Below, piece after piece: positions 18,489 through 29,119 of a DNA stretch of 64,000 nt. The notes under the pieces were generated by a model, which did no database searches, had not been told where the DNA came from, and was given only the letters and a program-made list of their open reading frames with translations. A program made the position numbers and the translations under genes. Each line of letters begins with the position of its first letter. Positions within the stretch are counted from its first letter, which is position 1. This stretch comes from Oligoflexia bacterium (lineage in GTDB: Bacteria; Bdellovibrionota; UBA1018): assembly GCA_963758495.1 (NCBI GenBank), contig CAVWVI010000004.1:640001-704000 (forward strand), given 5' to 3'.

Positions 18489-20615
18489 GTGGAACCCAAT
18501 CATCTTGCGCCGTCTGATCAAATTCAACAAAATAGAGATAACCCTTTAATTTCCGAGCTATGGCTAAATTTAGGCTGGATTGGGTGCATCCTCCTCACAT
18601 TCCTTGAACTGGCTCTTCTTTTTATCCTTCTCCCCTGGATGACACCCGAACCCGACTTAAAAAATATTAACCAGCTTTTTTTATATAATCGCATTGCAGA
18701 TTGTTTACCCGAGCCTTTAGAGCATAATCGCTATATTTTTGGGGTCATCACTCTTTTCGTTTTCTTTGTTGGATTAGCCAAATGGATTGGTACGTACGCA
18801 AAGACGGCAAATCTGAAACCAAGATCATTTCAATGGCTGTATGTAGGTACATTTTTAGCCCAAGCACTCCTGATAGGATTTTGTACTTGGAACTGGATTG
18901 TGCAGGTCGATGCCAGCTTTGTCTATTTTAATTCTAATCAGCTATGGATTGCCTTCATCTTCAGTATGGCATTTCTCTGTAGCTGGGGCCTTACGGTAAA
19001 CCATACAAAAAGATCATTACCCCAATGGCTCCAATGGGGTTCACTCTCAATTGCTGCTCTTTACCTGATTTGCAATCTGCTTTCATGCCTATTCACAGAG
19101 GAAAACCTTGCGCATGCTTACGGACAGGTTACTAATCATATTCCGTTTTTAATGGATGAGTTTGCCTCTGTCCTGAATGGGCATACTCCTTTAGTGGATT
19201 TTTTCCCACAATACCAATATCTTCTCTCTTTTCTTGCAGTTCCTTATTTCAAAGCCTTTGGATTCGGTATCGGTTCATTTACCTTTTTAATGCTGTTGCT
19301 CTCTTTTGTGGCCATGACATTTGTCTATTTTATTTTTAAACGAATCACTCAAAGTCTATTTTGGGCTACGCTATTGTATATCCCCTTTCTTGCGGCAAGT
19401 TTTTTTCCAATTTATGAATTCAGCTTGATCGATCATCCCGAATATCTAGTAGAACGGGCAAATGCATTTAACTATTACGCAGTCAACCCCATCCGAACTT
19501 TCGGACCGTGGTGTGTCGCATTCGCTTACCTCTTCTATTTAAGCCGGAAATCCTGGCAACGCATGTTTTTGCTTTTCCTCATCGCCTCATTTTCAATGGT
19601 CAATAATTTAGATTTAGGCCTACCGGCTTTTGGCGCCGCATTCATAGGAGTGGTCTTCTCGTTAGAGGAGGGGGTTTTTCCACTCAACCGAGCTGTAGGT
19701 CAATCGATCATCATTTCACTATCGAGTTTGTTTATTGCCCTATTCACTTTTTTTGCCACTTTATTTATAAGATCGGGGAGATTTCCTGAAGTTATAGCTT
19801 GGCTCAACTTCCAGAAAGCGTTTGTTCATTATGGCTTCTATATGTTGCCCATGCCAGACTTTGGACTTTATTGGATTCTCTTCGCCTCCTTCGGCGCTGC
19901 GGTTGCAATAGGAATCCTGACGCTCCAATTCACTCAGCAAAGCCCTCATGCAAAAGAGTTTCGCTTAAGGATGGGCATGTTGCTTTTCAGTGGGGTTTTA
20001 GGTTTCGGAGCAAGTGCCTATTACGTAGGCAGGTCACACCCCTATGTGCTCACTGCTATTTTTTCATTTTGGATGTTTTCCAATTGCCTTTTACTCTGGG
20101 AATTACTTCTTCAATGGAAGCAGGCGATTTTTAGTAAAAACACGATTCGGTCATTCATTTATATACTGCCGATTTTTCTTACGCTTTTTACATTTTTCTC
20201 ATTTTCAACTTGCGTCTTCGATGTAGTTTCATTTTCAGATCAGTTCAAGAGACTTTCAATTCGGCTTCACAGTTTTAATTTTGAAACCCATATCATTACT
20301 CTGGTTCGATATTTTAATCCTGAAAATTTACCCATGATGTTGATCTATCCGTATGGGCATAAAATCGCCCTTGATATTGGAATTAAAAACTACTATCCAT
20401 TTGCACATCCTGATTCACTTATTTTGAAAGAACAAGTGAACCAAGTCATGAATGAAGTGAATCGAGCAGGAGTTCGAAAAATCATAGGTAGTTTTCAAAA
20501 GGAGCTCCAGGATTCACTTTCCAGCGCCGGCTTTATTTCAAAAACATTATTTTCTGATGACAGCCAAGAAGGAAAGAGAATTAAAGCGCTTGGGCTTCAG
20601 TTTTGGGAAAAATGA
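18489..20615 (+). CDS. Large polytopic membrane protein (possible GT-C glycosyltransferase)
   Basis: More than 12 hydrophobic segments; GHTPLVDFFPQY and YYVGRSHP motifs. Confidence 0.7.
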   Translation: MEPNHLAPSDQIQQNRDNPLISELWLNLGWIGCILLTFLELALLFILLPWMTPEPDLKNINQLFLYNRIADCLPEPLEHNRYIFGVITLFVFFVGLAKWIGTYAKTANLKPRSFQWLYVGTFLAQALLIGFCTWNWIVQVDASFVYFNSNQLWIAFIFSMAFLCSWGLTVNHTKRSLPQWLQWGSLSIAALYLICNLLSCLFTEENLAHAYGQVTNHIPFLMDEFASVLNGHTPLVDFFPQYQYLLSFLAVPYFKAFGFGIGSFTFLMLLLSFVAMTFVYFIFKRITQSLFWATLLYIPFLAASFFPIYEFSLIDHPEYLVERANAFNYYAVNPIRTFGPWCVAFAYLFYLSRKSWQRMFLLFLIASFSMVNNLDLGLPAFGAAFIGVVFSLEEGVFPLNRAVGQSIIISLSSLFIALFTFFATLFIRSGRFPEVIAWLNFQKAFVHYGFYMLPMPDFGLYWILFASFGAAVAIGILTLQFTQQSPHAKEFRLRMGMLLFSGVLGFGASAYYVGRSHPYVLTAIFSFWMFSNCLLLWELLLQWKQAIFSKNTIRSFIYILPIFLTLFTFFSFSTCVFDVVSFSDQFKRLSIRLHSFNFETHIITLVRYFNPENLPMMLIYPYGHKIALDIGIKNYYPFAHPDSLILKEQVNQVMNEVNRAGVRKIIGSFQKELQDSLSSAGFISKTLFSDDSQEGKRIKALGLQFWEK

Positions 20616-20722
20616 AGACCCTTCTTATTGGCTTTAGCTTAGCTTAGCTTTAAATTTAAATTTATTTAATACTTAAAAAACAATAGCTTTTTATAACGCA
20701 TTACGTTAAGACTTGAGCGAAC

Positions 20723-21814
20723 ATGAAATATATACTTGCGTTATTATTTAACTTCACTTTCATTTTTATCCCTGAGAGTTATTCAACTTCATCAGTTGAA
20801 ACCCTATGCCAAAGTCCTCTCGATGAATTTGGATTTTCACAAAGCCCTCAGATACCTATAAACGTTAAACAAACCATTTTTAAAAATATTTTACCCATCG
20901 AAGAAGAGAAAGGCGCGCTCCTTCGAAATGCACTCTGCCAATGGCGACAGAGTGATAACTCGCCAGATAGTAACAGCCCACAGCAAAAGCTTATTTTAGA
21001 TACGATCTTTGGCGTGGGCGTAGGCTATGAAGTCCTTAAACAAATTAAATTGAGTGAATCCGAAAAAGAATCTATTCGCCAGAAGCTGTCCGTCATTCTG
21101 GAGCAGTCCATTCATATTGTACAAAGTCAAATTCACCTCTCACAGCCCTTTAAGGCACCCAAAAAATTTATAGATTTTTGCGCATTCCTGAGTGGCAAAG
21201 AGAATTGCTCTCCAAACAGCCCTGAATTGGGTCATATTGAACGAACTCAGCTCGCTTTTAAATTTCTAGCTGAAAATGCAACAGCTCCAGAAGAAGATGA
21301 AACCCTTGATAACGCAATTTTGCGTAAAATTAATAAACTAGAATATTTAAGTAAGGTGACTCATTTTAAAGAATGGCGCCACGACAAGGGAAAAAACGAA
21401 ATCCATGGAGACCTTGAATCACTCATTGACCAACTGACTACTTATAGTGAATCCATTTCAAAAGATATCCAAGCAAATATGCCATACCACAACTGGGGAA
21501 AGGGAGCCCCAAATGACTCCATTATTAATGCTTGTTTACACTGGATAAAACATTATCAAGAATTTCCTGATATAGGCGATTGCTTTGAATACAATTCGAC
21601 CACATTTAGATTTATAAATAGCCCACCTTCTACAATCATTTCAATAGAATTACCGAAAGGGTTAATGCGACTTTATGACACAATATCAAATACTTTAGTC
21701 GTGAAAGATCCAAATAACGTTCCAATAACTATGTACAAACCTGACATATCAATACATCACTGCGCTTCAAACCTTGAGTTTGTCATGCTTAAATTCGGTA
21801 CTTCTTGTCGGTAA
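20723..21814 (+). CDS. Secreted hypothetical protein with C-terminal polymorphic-toxin-like (RNase-like) module
   Basis: Hydrophobic N-terminus; C-terminus HWIKHYQEFP...EY...F...PP...YDTISNTLVV...PITMYKP. Confidence 0.55.
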   Translation: MKYILALLFNFTFIFIPESYSTSSVETLCQSPLDEFGFSQSPQIPINVKQTIFKNILPIEEEKGALLRNALCQWRQSDNSPDSNSPQQKLILDTIFGVGVGYEVLKQIKLSESEKESIRQKLSVILEQSIHIVQSQIHLSQPFKAPKKFIDFCAFLSGKENCSPNSPELGHIERTQLAFKFLAENATAPEEDETLDNAILRKINKLEYLSKVTHFKEWRHDKGKNEIHGDLESLIDQLTTYSESISKDIQANMPYHNWGKGAPNDSIINACLHWIKHYQEFPDIGDCFEYNSTTFRFINSPPSTIISIELPKGLMRLYDTISNTLVVKDPNNVPITMYKPDISIHHCASNLEFVMLKFGTSCR

Positions 21815-22268
21815 TTATCGCTGAAAACCATGGATTAATTACAATTTCTCAGAATGGTTGAGCTGTAAAGATGTACAAATCTCAGGTGACGGCTAGCCTG
21901 TCGAAATCCATTTAATAATCCATAACGTCTCCCTCTACCCACCCATTTTCAGTGGTAACGCTTTTGCGTACGAGGGAATTCTAACTAGATCATACAGAAA
22001 TCAACTACACCACCCTTCACTGTGCTAGGTCTCTGTAGGTTGTGTACAGAAATCGCCGACCCCAATATCAGGGAGCAAAAACGTCATATTAAGGTGGTGC
22101 CCGATTTCATCAAAATGACAACGAAATAAGCCGCATTACTACACTCATTTCGATAGCCTAGGTGCTGGCTAAACCATGTGTAATCACAGATAACTTTCCT
22201 TTAATATTTCTATCAAAAGTTGCTTTTTTCAAGACTTCTTGCGGATTTTACTCAATTAATCCTAAACC

Positions 22269-25190
22269 ATGATATCTCATCACCCCATGAGCCATGAGGC
22301 AGTAGAAGAGTTTACCATCGCACTATCGCCACAGGGGGCACTCTATCTTTTGCCTTCTAAGAGTTTTCCCATTTCTGAGCGGATTCAATCCGCTTTTGCA
22401 AATGATTCTGATGCAAATGATTTTGAAACCAACCAAAAGGAAACAAACCCAGCTACAGCCTCCGCTAGAGTACACGTATCTAGTGGAAAGGGTCTAAAGC
22501 ACCTTGGACTTTGGGAGCTGAACACGCCCCTTCCGCCTGATCTCGCTTATTGGCGTGAGTTCAGTCGGATTTATTTTTCACATCTCTGCGCACTCCCTGG
22601 GCTGGCAGAAGTGGGATCACAAAAGACCCTTCAATTACCGCCACCTCGAGAGGAGTTAGCCGAGTTTTCTCGGATCGCCCCCCCGATGATGGGTGGTGAA
22701 TATCTTAATGAAGATATTTTAGTTGAGCTTTGGGAGGCTCTCCACTCCGCCTTTCAAGAAGAGGTGCAAGGATCAGGAAGTGTTCAAGAGTATTTTACAA
22801 GCCATGGCATCGTCTGGAATCTGGTGGGTCGAGTTTGCTTTCATTTGGCTGAAAATAAAGGAAATGAAGAAACACCCTTTGCCTTTTTGGCGACCTATAG
22901 CCACAAACTCTCGACACAGGGCAAGGCGCAATACCTTCCTCTGGGCAAGGCACTCCAAGAATATGGATCTGAAAAAAATAAAGCACAGCTCCTTCAACTT
23001 CTTCTCCCGGTTCAAAAAGGGAGTGAAAAGAGTCCGTTTCTTAAATCTTTGGTGGAGTCGGGGGAAATATTTCATCCACTCGCATGGACACCTCAAGATG
23101 CTTTTCAATTCTTAAAAGATATTCCGGCCTTTGAATCATCAGGAATCAGGGTTCGAGTTCCTGATTGGTGGAAAGCGAAGAACCCACCCCGTCCTCAAGT
23201 TTCTGTGACAATAGGAGCGACAACAGAAGGAAAGAAGACGTCGCTCTTGGGCTTGGATTCCATGCTCCAGTTTTCAGTCCATCTCACCTTGGGAGAGGAG
23301 CGGCTGACGGCAAAAGAGATTGCACAAATTCTCTCCGCAACTTCGGGCCTTGCTTTGATTCGAGGAAAATGGGTAGAGATTGATCGAGAGAAGCTCACTG
23401 AAGTACTGGGGCATTGGAAGTCGGTTGAGCAAGCTACGTCCGATGGAGAAATTTCTTTTATTGAAGGCATGCGACTTCTCTCCGGCGCCACGGCTTTAGG
23501 GAATTCGGATTTGCTGCCAGATTCGTTGTTAAACTCATCATTAAATTCATCATTAAACTCATCATTAAACTCATCTGGGGAGTGGTCACGAGTTCAAGCC
23601 AGCGAGGGGCTCTTAAAAATTCTTGAGCAACTCAAGGCTCCAGATGGAACGCTCACCGAAGAAACGGATCCGGGTCACGAGCTTCAGGCAACACTTCGGC
23701 CTTACCAAAAAACAGGAGTGAAATGGCTTTGGTTTCTAGGTCGCCTTGGCTTGGGAGGATGCCTTGCAGATGATATGGGATTAGGAAAGACGATCCAAGT
23801 GATCTCCCTTTTTCTTCTTCTCAAAAGAGAGAAGCAAAAGAAAGGATCACCCCATCTTCTAGTCGTACCCGCCTCTCTTCTGGGAAACTGGAAGTCAGAG
23901 ATTGAGCGCTTTGCTCCAAGTTTAAAATTATGGATGGCGCACTCGGCTTCTGAATCGGCTATTGATTCAAAATGGAATCACAACGCCCCGCCTCCCACCG
24001 AGATGCTCGCTTCTGTAGACATTGTCATGACCACTTATGGATACTTGAGCCGCCTTTCGTGGCTGAGCGAAATCTCATGGAATCGCATTGTCATTGATGA
24101 AGCCCAAGCCATCAAAAATGCCGGCTCTAAACAGACACGAGCCGTAAAAGCCCTCAAGGGGCGCCATCGAATTGCACTGACAGGAACGCCGGTTGAAAAT
24201 CATCTCTCAGATCTTTGGTCGCTTTATGATTTTTTGTGTCCTGGACTTTTAGGTTCAGCTAAAGCTTTTACAAACTTTGTTAAAAGTGAGATCAAAGGTG
24301 CAGCCAACGGTAAAGAAAAAGCTGAATCTCCTCTGAGATATGCAGCTCTCCGAAATCTCATACAACCGTATCTCCTGCGACGGCTGAAGACTGATAAAAG
24401 GATTATTGCTGACCTGCCCGATAAGACAGAGATGAATGCCTACTGCTCTTTGACTAAAACTCAAGCAGTCCTCTATCAACAAGCAGTCGAGGAACTGACT
24501 CACAAAGTTGAGCATCTGGACGGAATTCAACGCCGCGGAGTGGTGCTTTCCTACCTGATGCGCTTTAAGCAAATCTGTAATCATCCGTCGCAGTGGCTTT
24601 CTGATGGTCGCTATCAGGCATCTGACAGTGGAAAATTCGGGCGTCTTCGAGAGATTTGCGAAGAAATTGCAACGAAACAGGAAAAAGTTTTGGTTTTCAC
24701 TCAGTTTCGAGAAATGACAGGACCTCTCTCTGAGTTTTTAAAAGGGATCTTTAGAAAACCAGGATTGGTCCTTCATGGTGAGACGCCAATCAAAAAACGA
24801 AAAGAGCGCGTGGATGCATTTCAAAACGATCTGGACATGCCCTATTTTGTGCTCTCGCTCAAAGCGGGTGGCACAGGCTTGAACCTGACATCGGCCAGCC
24901 ACGTGATCCATTTTGATCGTTGGTGGAATCCAGCCGTGGAAAACCAGGCTACCGACCGCGCGTACCGTATTGGACAAAAGAAGAATGTTCTCGTTCACAA
25001 GTTGATCTGTCGAGGCACGATTGAAGAGAAAATTGACCTATTGATTTCTTCGAAGCAAAGTATGTCAAAAGAAATCCTTGAAGGAAGTGGCGAAGCCATT
25101 CTCACAGAATTAAGTAATTCTGAACTCATCAAGCTGGTTTCGCTGGATATTCGAAATGCTACAGAGGAGGGAGATTATGGCACGATCTGA
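22269..25190 (+). CDS. SNF2-family (DEAD/DEAH-like) helicase/ATPase
   Basis: LRPYQ, LADDMGLGKT, DEAQAIKN, LTGTPVEN, QICNHP and FDRWWNPAVENQATDRAYRIGQ. Confidence 0.97.
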   Translation: MISHHPMSHEAVEEFTIALSPQGALYLLPSKSFPISERIQSAFANDSDANDFETNQKETNPATASARVHVSSGKGLKHLGLWELNTPLPPDLAYWREFSRIYFSHLCALPGLAEVGSQKTLQLPPPREELAEFSRIAPPMMGGEYLNEDILVELWEALHSAFQEEVQGSGSVQEYFTSHGIVWNLVGRVCFHLAENKGNEETPFAFLATYSHKLSTQGKAQYLPLGKALQEYGSEKNKAQLLQLLLPVQKGSEKSPFLKSLVESGEIFHPLAWTPQDAFQFLKDIPAFESSGIRVRVPDWWKAKNPPRPQVSVTIGATTEGKKTSLLGLDSMLQFSVHLTLGEERLTAKEIAQILSATSGLALIRGKWVEIDREKLTEVLGHWKSVEQATSDGEISFIEGMRLLSGATALGNSDLLPDSLLNSSLNSSLNSSLNSSGEWSRVQASEGLLKILEQLKAPDGTLTEETDPGHELQATLRPYQKTGVKWLWFLGRLGLGGCLADDMGLGKTIQVISLFLLLKREKQKKGSPHLLVVPASLLGNWKSEIERFAPSLKLWMAHSASESAIDSKWNHNAPPPTEMLASVDIVMTTYGYLSRLSWLSEISWNRIVIDEAQAIKNAGSKQTRAVKALKGRHRIALTGTPVENHLSDLWSLYDFLCPGLLGSAKAFTNFVKSEIKGAANGKEKAESPLRYAALRNLIQPYLLRRLKTDKRIIADLPDKTEMNAYCSLTKTQAVLYQQAVEELTHKVEHLDGIQRRGVVLSYLMRFKQICNHPSQWLSDGRYQASDSGKFGRLREICEEIATKQEKVLVFTQFREMTGPLSEFLKGIFRKPGLVLHGETPIKKRKERVDAFQNDLDMPYFVLSLKAGGTGLNLTSASHVIHFDRWWNPAVENQATDRAYRIGQKKNVLVHKLICRGTIEEKIDLLISSKQSMSKEILEGSGEAILTELSNSELIKLVSLDIRNATEEGDYGTI

Positions 25191-25995
25191 TCGATTTTAC
25201 GGCGGCTGGCCACGTTATATACCCGTGGCGGAGAGACGAAAGAACGCTGCAAAAAAAGCTACCGCTCTTCAGAAGAAAGGGCAGACCCTTCGTCCCATAC
25301 AGATTGAAGGTAGAGAAATAGCTCGAACATTTTGGGGGAAATCGTGGTGCAAAAATCTTGAAAACTACAGCGATTTTTCCAACCGACTTCCTCGGGGTCG
25401 AACCTATGTCAGAAATGGCTCCGTAATTGATCTTCAAATCAATAAAGGTGAAATCACCGCCATGGTGAGCGGCTCCTCCCTCTATACGGTCAACGTCTCG
25501 ATTCGTCCACTCGAACCGCTTAAGTGGAGGGCGTTGCTAAAACAATGCTCAGGACAAATCAACTCGCTGGTGGAGCTGCTTCAAGGTCGATTTTCGCGTG
25601 GAGTGATGGAGGTGATGACTTGTAAAGAGCAAGGTCTATTTCCGTCTCCGAAGCAAATTTCAATGAACTGTTCCTGCCCTGATAGTGCAGTCATGTGTAA
25701 ACATGTGGCTGCTGTGATTTATGGGGTCGGGACACGCTTGGATGAAAAACCAGAACTCTTCTTTGAACTCAGAAATGTGGATCATGCAGAATTGATTACA
25801 GCGGCTGTTACTCAAAACGCCGTCAATCAGACCACCCAATCCAAAAAAGTTCTTAAATCAGCTCATCTCTCTCAGTTGTTTGGCATTGAGTTGGACGAAG
25901 AAGCTTCATTAGGTGAGGAAAGCAAAAGTAAGCGCTCAGAACATACGAAGCGGACCACGGCTAAAAGACCTACACCTAAAACAAGAAAAAAATAG
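25177..25995 (+). CDS. SWIM zinc-finger protein
   Basis: NRLPRGRTYVRNGSV and CSCPD...CKHVAAV; overlaps the SNF2 stop; GAGGAGG RBS. Confidence 0.93.
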   Translation: MARSDRFYGGWPRYIPVAERRKNAAKKATALQKKGQTLRPIQIEGREIARTFWGKSWCKNLENYSDFSNRLPRGRTYVRNGSVIDLQINKGEITAMVSGSSLYTVNVSIRPLEPLKWRALLKQCSGQINSLVELLQGRFSRGVMEVMTCKEQGLFPSPKQISMNCSCPDSAVMCKHVAAVIYGVGTRLDEKPELFFELRNVDHAELITAAVTQNAVNQTTQSKKVLKSAHLSQLFGIELDEEASLGEESKSKRSEHTKRTTAKRPTPKTRKK

Positions 25996-26033
25996 GCGGT
26001 TATCCTAAAGAAACTACTTACGATAATATCCCT

Positions 26034-27128
26034 TTAAACCAGATCTGGCCTCATCTTTTTAACCCCTTCCACAACTCTACGAATTTCCTGAGCGCGGTCT
26101 TTCCGTGCGACTAATAAAGTCTCCCCTTGCTGAACAATAATTAAATCCTCTACGCCTAAAAGCGCCACAAATCGACCTGGAGCATCGATAATATTTCGTT
26201 GAGAATCTACGGCTAAAAGCTCACCTTCCGTTAAAATATTATCACCCTGACGAATTTTAAGTACTTCCGCCATGTCATCTAACGAAGTCCAACTTCCAAG
26301 ATCATCCCAGCCGCAATCCAAGGGAAAGGTCACTACATTTTTGGCCCTTTCCATAATGCCGTAATCAATAGAAGTTGCAGTCATGTGAGGATAGGCCTCT
26401 CCCACCTTGCCTTGCACTCGATCCCAGGCCTGCTTCATTTCAGGCATGAACTCGTCAAAAGCTTTCAAAATAACCTCTACCCTCCAGATAAACATTCCGC
26501 CATTCCATAGGTAATTCCCGGATTGAAGAAATTCATTGGCTTTGCTCAAATTGGGTTTCTCAACGAAGGCTTCAACGCGCTTGACCCCAGCGAATTCTTT
26601 AGCGAAAGAATTTTTAAACTCAGCCGTCTTGAGATATCCATATCCGGTCTCAGGTCGAGAAGGTTGAATTCCCAAAGTAACCAGATCATCTTTTTCTACT
26701 GCCCACTTCACAGCCGATTTCACGACAGAAATAAATTTCTCGGAGGAAGCAATATGATGATCCGAAGGCATGATCAGCATCACGCCCCTCGGGTCTTTCT
26801 CAGCAATATGTCGTGCCGCCCAGTAGATGCACGCTGCCGTATTCCTTCCTTGCGGCTCAGCCAGAATCTCAACATGAGAGGCATCTTCTCTCACTGCTTG
26901 TTCCAAAGCTTCAGTGGTAACGATGATTCTCTGATCGTCACGGACAAAATGATCAAAGCGCGAGAGGGTCTGTACTAAAAGCGACTTCTTTGAACCAAAA
27001 GTGAGTAACTGCTTAGGTCGTTTAGAAGTACTTTTAGGCCAAAAACGAGTTCCACTGCCTCCTGCAATCACGACGAGAAATAAATTGGCGGGAAATAAAT
27101 TGGCGGGAAATAAATTGGATTGATCCAT
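26034..27128 (-). CDS. manC: Mannose-1-phosphate guanylyltransferase (no cupin domain)
   Basis: AGGSGTRFWP, PKQLL, EPQGRNTA, PSDH, PETGYGY, FVEKP, SIDYGIME and GWDDLGSW. Confidence 0.93.
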   Translation of the reverse strand: MDQSNLFPANLFPANLFLVVIAGGSGTRFWPKSTSKRPKQLLTFGSKKSLLVQTLSRFDHFVRDDQRIIVTTEALEQAVREDASHVEILAEPQGRNTAACIYWAARHIAEKDPRGVMLIMPSDHHIASSEKFISVVKSAVKWAVEKDDLVTLGIQPSRPETGYGYLKTAEFKNSFAKEFAGVKRVEAFVEKPNLSKANEFLQSGNYLWNGGMFIWRVEVILKAFDEFMPEMKQAWDRVQGKVGEAYPHMTATSIDYGIMERAKNVVTFPLDCGWDDLGSWTSLDDMAEVLKIRQGDNILTEGELLAVDSQRNIIDAPGRFVALLGVEDLIIVQQGETLLVARKDRAQEIRRVVEGVKKMRPDLV

Positions 27129-27236
27129 ACTCTCTTTCTTTCTTTCTTTGATAAAATTTGATTCACTTTAACACAAAATAAAATGGGATATATCCAAGAT
27201 TGACTCCTGCCAAGCCATGGAGAGATAGTTCCATCT

Positions 27237-28991
27237 ATGTATAAGCTTCACCAAAAGTTAGGCCAAAAACTATATAAGAAATTAAATATCCAAGTTCTAG
27301 CACTCGGCTCCATTCCTATCCTCTTGGGCTTTTGGGTGTGGCTATCCAGCTTAGCTTTCGTACCGGTTCCCTGGCCCGATGACTCTGCGTTTTACTTTGT
27401 GGCAAGAGAACTCTTTCAATGGCCGCCACGATGGGTCATGCTGCCGCAAGCTCCTTTCGAGCCCACGTATCGTATTTTCAATTTTAACACGATGCCTCTT
27501 TATCCCATTCTCATTGGACTGGGGAGGATCATAGGAATAGACGGGAGTTTTCTCCTCAAGATTTGGCCGCTCAGTGCTTGGGCTCTGAGTGGTAGTTTAT
27601 GGGTCACCGTGCTTTATCGTAAAGGACTCCCTTTCATCTTTTGTGCACTGCTGGCACTTGCGTTTGGATTAGACCCTGAACTTCGCTGGGCTTCTGTTCT
27701 AGTTCGCCCGGAGTCGCTCATTGGTCTATTCGGAATGGCTCTGATCCTGGGACTGACTTTTGGTTTTCCAAAACGTTTTGAACCCAGAAAACTTTGGGAT
27801 CCTGTAGCAGCACTCCTTGCGTTAGGAGCTTATTGTCACTTTAATGCAATTCACCTACTCCCAGCAGTTCTGATCACTTTCATCTGGAATCCAAAACGCT
27901 TGATGCAAATCGGTGCAAAAACGGTTCTTTATCTTTCGCCTTGGCTTCTGTTTGTTGTTTATCATTGGCAACTCTTTCTCACTCAAATGGAAACTCAATG
28001 GTCTCGCCTGGCGGTCCCCAACAGTTGGCTCAACACACCTACCGATGCCATCAATAGTATCTTTCAGGCCATGGGAAGTCCCACTCCTTGGGAGCCTACC
28101 ATTCGTTGGGCAGCGGCTGCGATTTGGATTATTTTTCTTGCCACAGCTATTTTTTTCGTAATCCTTCCAGTGATCCTGAGTGGCCTAAGTAGCCTAAGTA
28201 GCCTAAGCAGATTGAACAGCATTAAGAAACAAGCTGAAAAAAATACTCCACTTTTTAACTTCAGAATTCTTCCCGCCTTCACTTGGGTGTTAGGTGCTAT
28301 TTGGCTTTTTCAAACGAAGCCCGAAGTGTGGTTTGTTTACTTCTTTCATGCTGCAATGTGGTGTCTGGTAGGAATTCTCTTTCTTAATATTTGGCTGAGC
28401 CTTCAATCTCACCTTTTGACTCCAGGGGGAGAGACTCCCCCCAAATGGAAAAAAGCTGCGTTGATCTCCTTAAACTCCCTGGTGACAGTAATTACAGGAA
28501 TCTTTTTTTACGTCGATGTCAGTCAAGCGATCGAATTGGGAAATCAGGAAAGTTGGCACTGGGATACTTACCACGACTTTGTGAGCTGCGTGGATGATCG
28601 CCTCAGTCAGCTTGAAGCTCATTTAGGTCCCGACAAACCCTTCCATGTTTGGTGTCCTACTTTTCCAGATATCACCATCGAACTATCACGCAAACATCCT
28701 CATTGGGAACTCACTCGAACGAATGATTTTTGGAGTCGGAATCATCTTGCCATTCAACACGCTTGGAATACAGAGGCTGTAGTGATTACTGAAACCCTCG
28801 GTCATGAAGACCGAACGGTTTCCGATAAAGCGGAAAATGTGCCAGAAATTCAGTCGATCTGGATGCACTGGAAAGAATACTACCTAAACCAACTTTGGAT
28901 CTCTCCCGGCTGGAAACCCAACCGATATATTTGCCAGCGTGGCAAATGGCAGGCTTTTATTTTTATGAAAGATGAGCCGCTAGGAAAGTAA
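27237..28991 (+). CDS. Membrane glycosyltransferase-like protein (ArnT/PMT-like)
   Basis: PWPDD after the first TM, MPLY and VRPE motifs, multiple TM segments. Confidence 0.6.
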   Translation: MYKLHQKLGQKLYKKLNIQVLALGSIPILLGFWVWLSSLAFVPVPWPDDSAFYFVARELFQWPPRWVMLPQAPFEPTYRIFNFNTMPLYPILIGLGRIIGIDGSFLLKIWPLSAWALSGSLWVTVLYRKGLPFIFCALLALAFGLDPELRWASVLVRPESLIGLFGMALILGLTFGFPKRFEPRKLWDPVAALLALGAYCHFNAIHLLPAVLITFIWNPKRLMQIGAKTVLYLSPWLLFVVYHWQLFLTQMETQWSRLAVPNSWLNTPTDAINSIFQAMGSPTPWEPTIRWAAAAIWIIFLATAIFFVILPVILSGLSSLSSLSRLNSIKKQAEKNTPLFNFRILPAFTWVLGAIWLFQTKPEVWFVYFFHAAMWCLVGILFLNIWLSLQSHLLTPGGETPPKWKKAALISLNSLVTVITGIFFYVDVSQAIELGNQESWHWDTYHDFVSCVDDRLSQLEAHLGPDKPFHVWCPTFPDITIELSRKHPHWELTRTNDFWSRNHLAIQHAWNTEAVVITETLGHEDRTVSDKAENVPEIQSIWMHWKEYYLNQLWISPGWKPNRYICQRGKWQAFIFMKDEPLGK

Positions 28992-29119
28992 TTCCGCATA
29001 TTGGTACCGTAATATTCGGTCTAAATCCTATAGAAATCGTCTACACTAAGCCTTGGTATGCGAAGTCTCTATAGCTTATAGAAAGAAAGAAACTAACTAC
29101 ACCAGTTAGTCCTATTTCT

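Noticed and set aside
21815..22268. Possible IS end or MITE (GGTTGTGTACAGAAATC) or an immunity gene
   Set aside because: No matching inverted end, transposase fragment or convincing ORF.
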